A stretch of DNA of 34,264 nt from the NCBI GenBank assembly GCA_038230375.1, contig JBBRNJ010000086.1:1-34264 (forward strand), given 5' to 3'. This DNA comes from Polyangiales bacterium. GTDB taxonomy: Bacteria > Myxococcota_A > Polyangia > Polyangiales > Polyangiaceae. Below are positions 33,247 through 34,264 of this stretch, one piece after another. How positions within the stretch are numbered: the stretch's first letter is position 1; every line of letters starts with the position of its first letter. The notes beneath the pieces were generated by a model, which saw only the letters and a program-made list of their open reading frames with translations, had not been told where the DNA came from and ran no database searches. Made by a program: the position numbers and the translations under genes.

Positions 33247-34264
33247 ATGCTGAAGGCTTCGCTCGTGGTGTGGGGGTTGATTCTGGGGGGGACGGCGCTC
33301 GCGTTCGTGGCTTGCGATCACAGCTCGCCGTTCACGGTCGAGAAGGCACGCCTCGGTGAGAAGTCCAAGCTTGTGACTGGCGATGCCATGCGCCTCGCGC
33401 GGCCCGCACAGGAAGGCTACGACGGGATGCACCCCGGCTACTACGTGGTGCGCAGCGCGGACGAGTGGCGTGCGCTCTTCGAGGCCGGCAAAGAGGCGAC
33501 ACCGCCGAAGGCCGTCGACTTCATGCGCAACATGGTCGTCGTGTCCTCTGGGACCACCGCCATGACCCGGACCCACGTCGGTCGCGTGGTCGACACCGCC
33601 AACACCATCCACGTGTACATCCAGGACACGCTGCGCGGCGCGGGCTGCAAGAACGAGAAGGGCACGCTGCCGCCATACGCGGTCTCCATCACCGATCGCA
33701 TCGACAAGCCGATCATGGTCCACGTGGACACCGAAGAGTCGCCCGGGTGCGGCACCGGCCCCACCGCGACCGTGAAATGCAGGCTCGCGAACGGGCAGAC
33801 GTGGTCGGAGAAGGTCTCCGCCACCCCCGGCGACGCAGTCGAATGCGAGGCCACCACGCAGGCCACCGGCGCATTCGCCGTGGTGGACAAGAGCTGGCAG
33901 TTCGCCGAGCTGCCCGGCGGCTTCACCACGAAGATGACGTTCTCGCGCGAGAACACGCGCGTGTCATTCACGCCGGACATCTTCGGCAACTACAAGCCCG
34001 TCTTCGAGGTCTCCGACGAGGCCGACCGCCGCGGCACTGCCAGCGCCATGGTGGAGGTCGCGCCGCCGAAGAGCACCGAGCCATTCATCCAGATGCTCTG
34101 GGCCGGCTTCGACGCGAGCGACGACCCGTCCACGTTCCCGCGCGTGGAGCTCTTCGCCCACGACATGCCGCTCACGAAGGGCCAGAAGGAGAGGCGCTGC
34201 GACGTGGCCGTCACGCCAAAGCCGGAGTTCTGCGACATCAAGCGCGAGGGCGCCGTCACGAACC
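33247..34264 (+). CDS. Lipoprotein, 3'-truncated by the window edge; PrcB-C-like region followed by a PKD/Ig-like region
   Basis: MLKASLVVWGLILGGTALAFVAC lipobox; VVRS..EW..LF...PP.VDF pattern; SFTPD..G.Y...FEV.D pattern; frame open to the end (absent from the ORF track because it has no stop). Confidence 0.8.
   Translation, partial: MLKASLVVWGLILGGTALAFVACDHSSPFTVEKARLGEKSKLVTGDAMRLARPAQEGYDGMHPGYYVVRSADEWRALFEAGKEATPPKAVDFMRNMVVVSSGTTAMTRTHVGRVVDTANTIHVYIQDTLRGAGCKNEKGTLPPYAVSITDRIDKPIMVHVDTEESPGCGTGPTATVKCRLANGQTWSEKVSATPGDAVECEATTQATGAFAVVDKSWQFAELPGGFTTKMTFSRENTRVSFTPDIFGNYKPVFEVSDEADRRGTASAMVEVAPPKSTEPFIQMLWAGFDASDDPSTFPRVELFAHDMPLTKGQKERRCDVAVTPKPEFCDIKREGAVTN

Overview
High-GC bacterial chromosomal window, very likely from a myxobacterium (Myxococcota, Polyangiales-like). 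The inference rests on a MYXO-CTERM sorting tail, Hanks-type Ser/Thr kinases including a kinase-STAND fusion, many Cys-rich lipoproteins and several sigma54-type promoters. It holds about 27 plausible CDSs, with no rRNA, tRNA, CRISPR array or mobile element that I can support. Recognisable genes: bcp, a stand-alone rplC, rlmE, lon, an M4 (thermolysin-like) protease, a nucleotide-sugar epimerase, a YhaO/YhaN-type Mre11/Rad50-like pair, a GH25 muramidase and a vWA lipoprotein. The most interesting signals: (1) rplC outside the S10 operon behind a multi-hairpin leader, next to a translationally coupled rlmE-kinase/STAND-tetR unit, followed by lon whose promoter carries a perfect operator-like palindrome; (2) a coupled operon of an HMA-like lipoprotein, a secreted HEAT protein and a WaaL/PglL-like TPR protein; (3) an in-frame amber codon that cuts a conserved C-terminal motif off the first gene; (4) a leaderless uORF with a G-GGA-AAG slippery heptamer feeding into the Mre11-like nuclease; (5) recurrent leaderless gene starts and sigma54 promoters, one possibly driving an sRNA; (6) small overlooked proteins (Zn-finger/RxxxR, Kunitz-like, a 59-aa ORF). 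All calls come from reading motifs by eye; no searches or folding programs were run.
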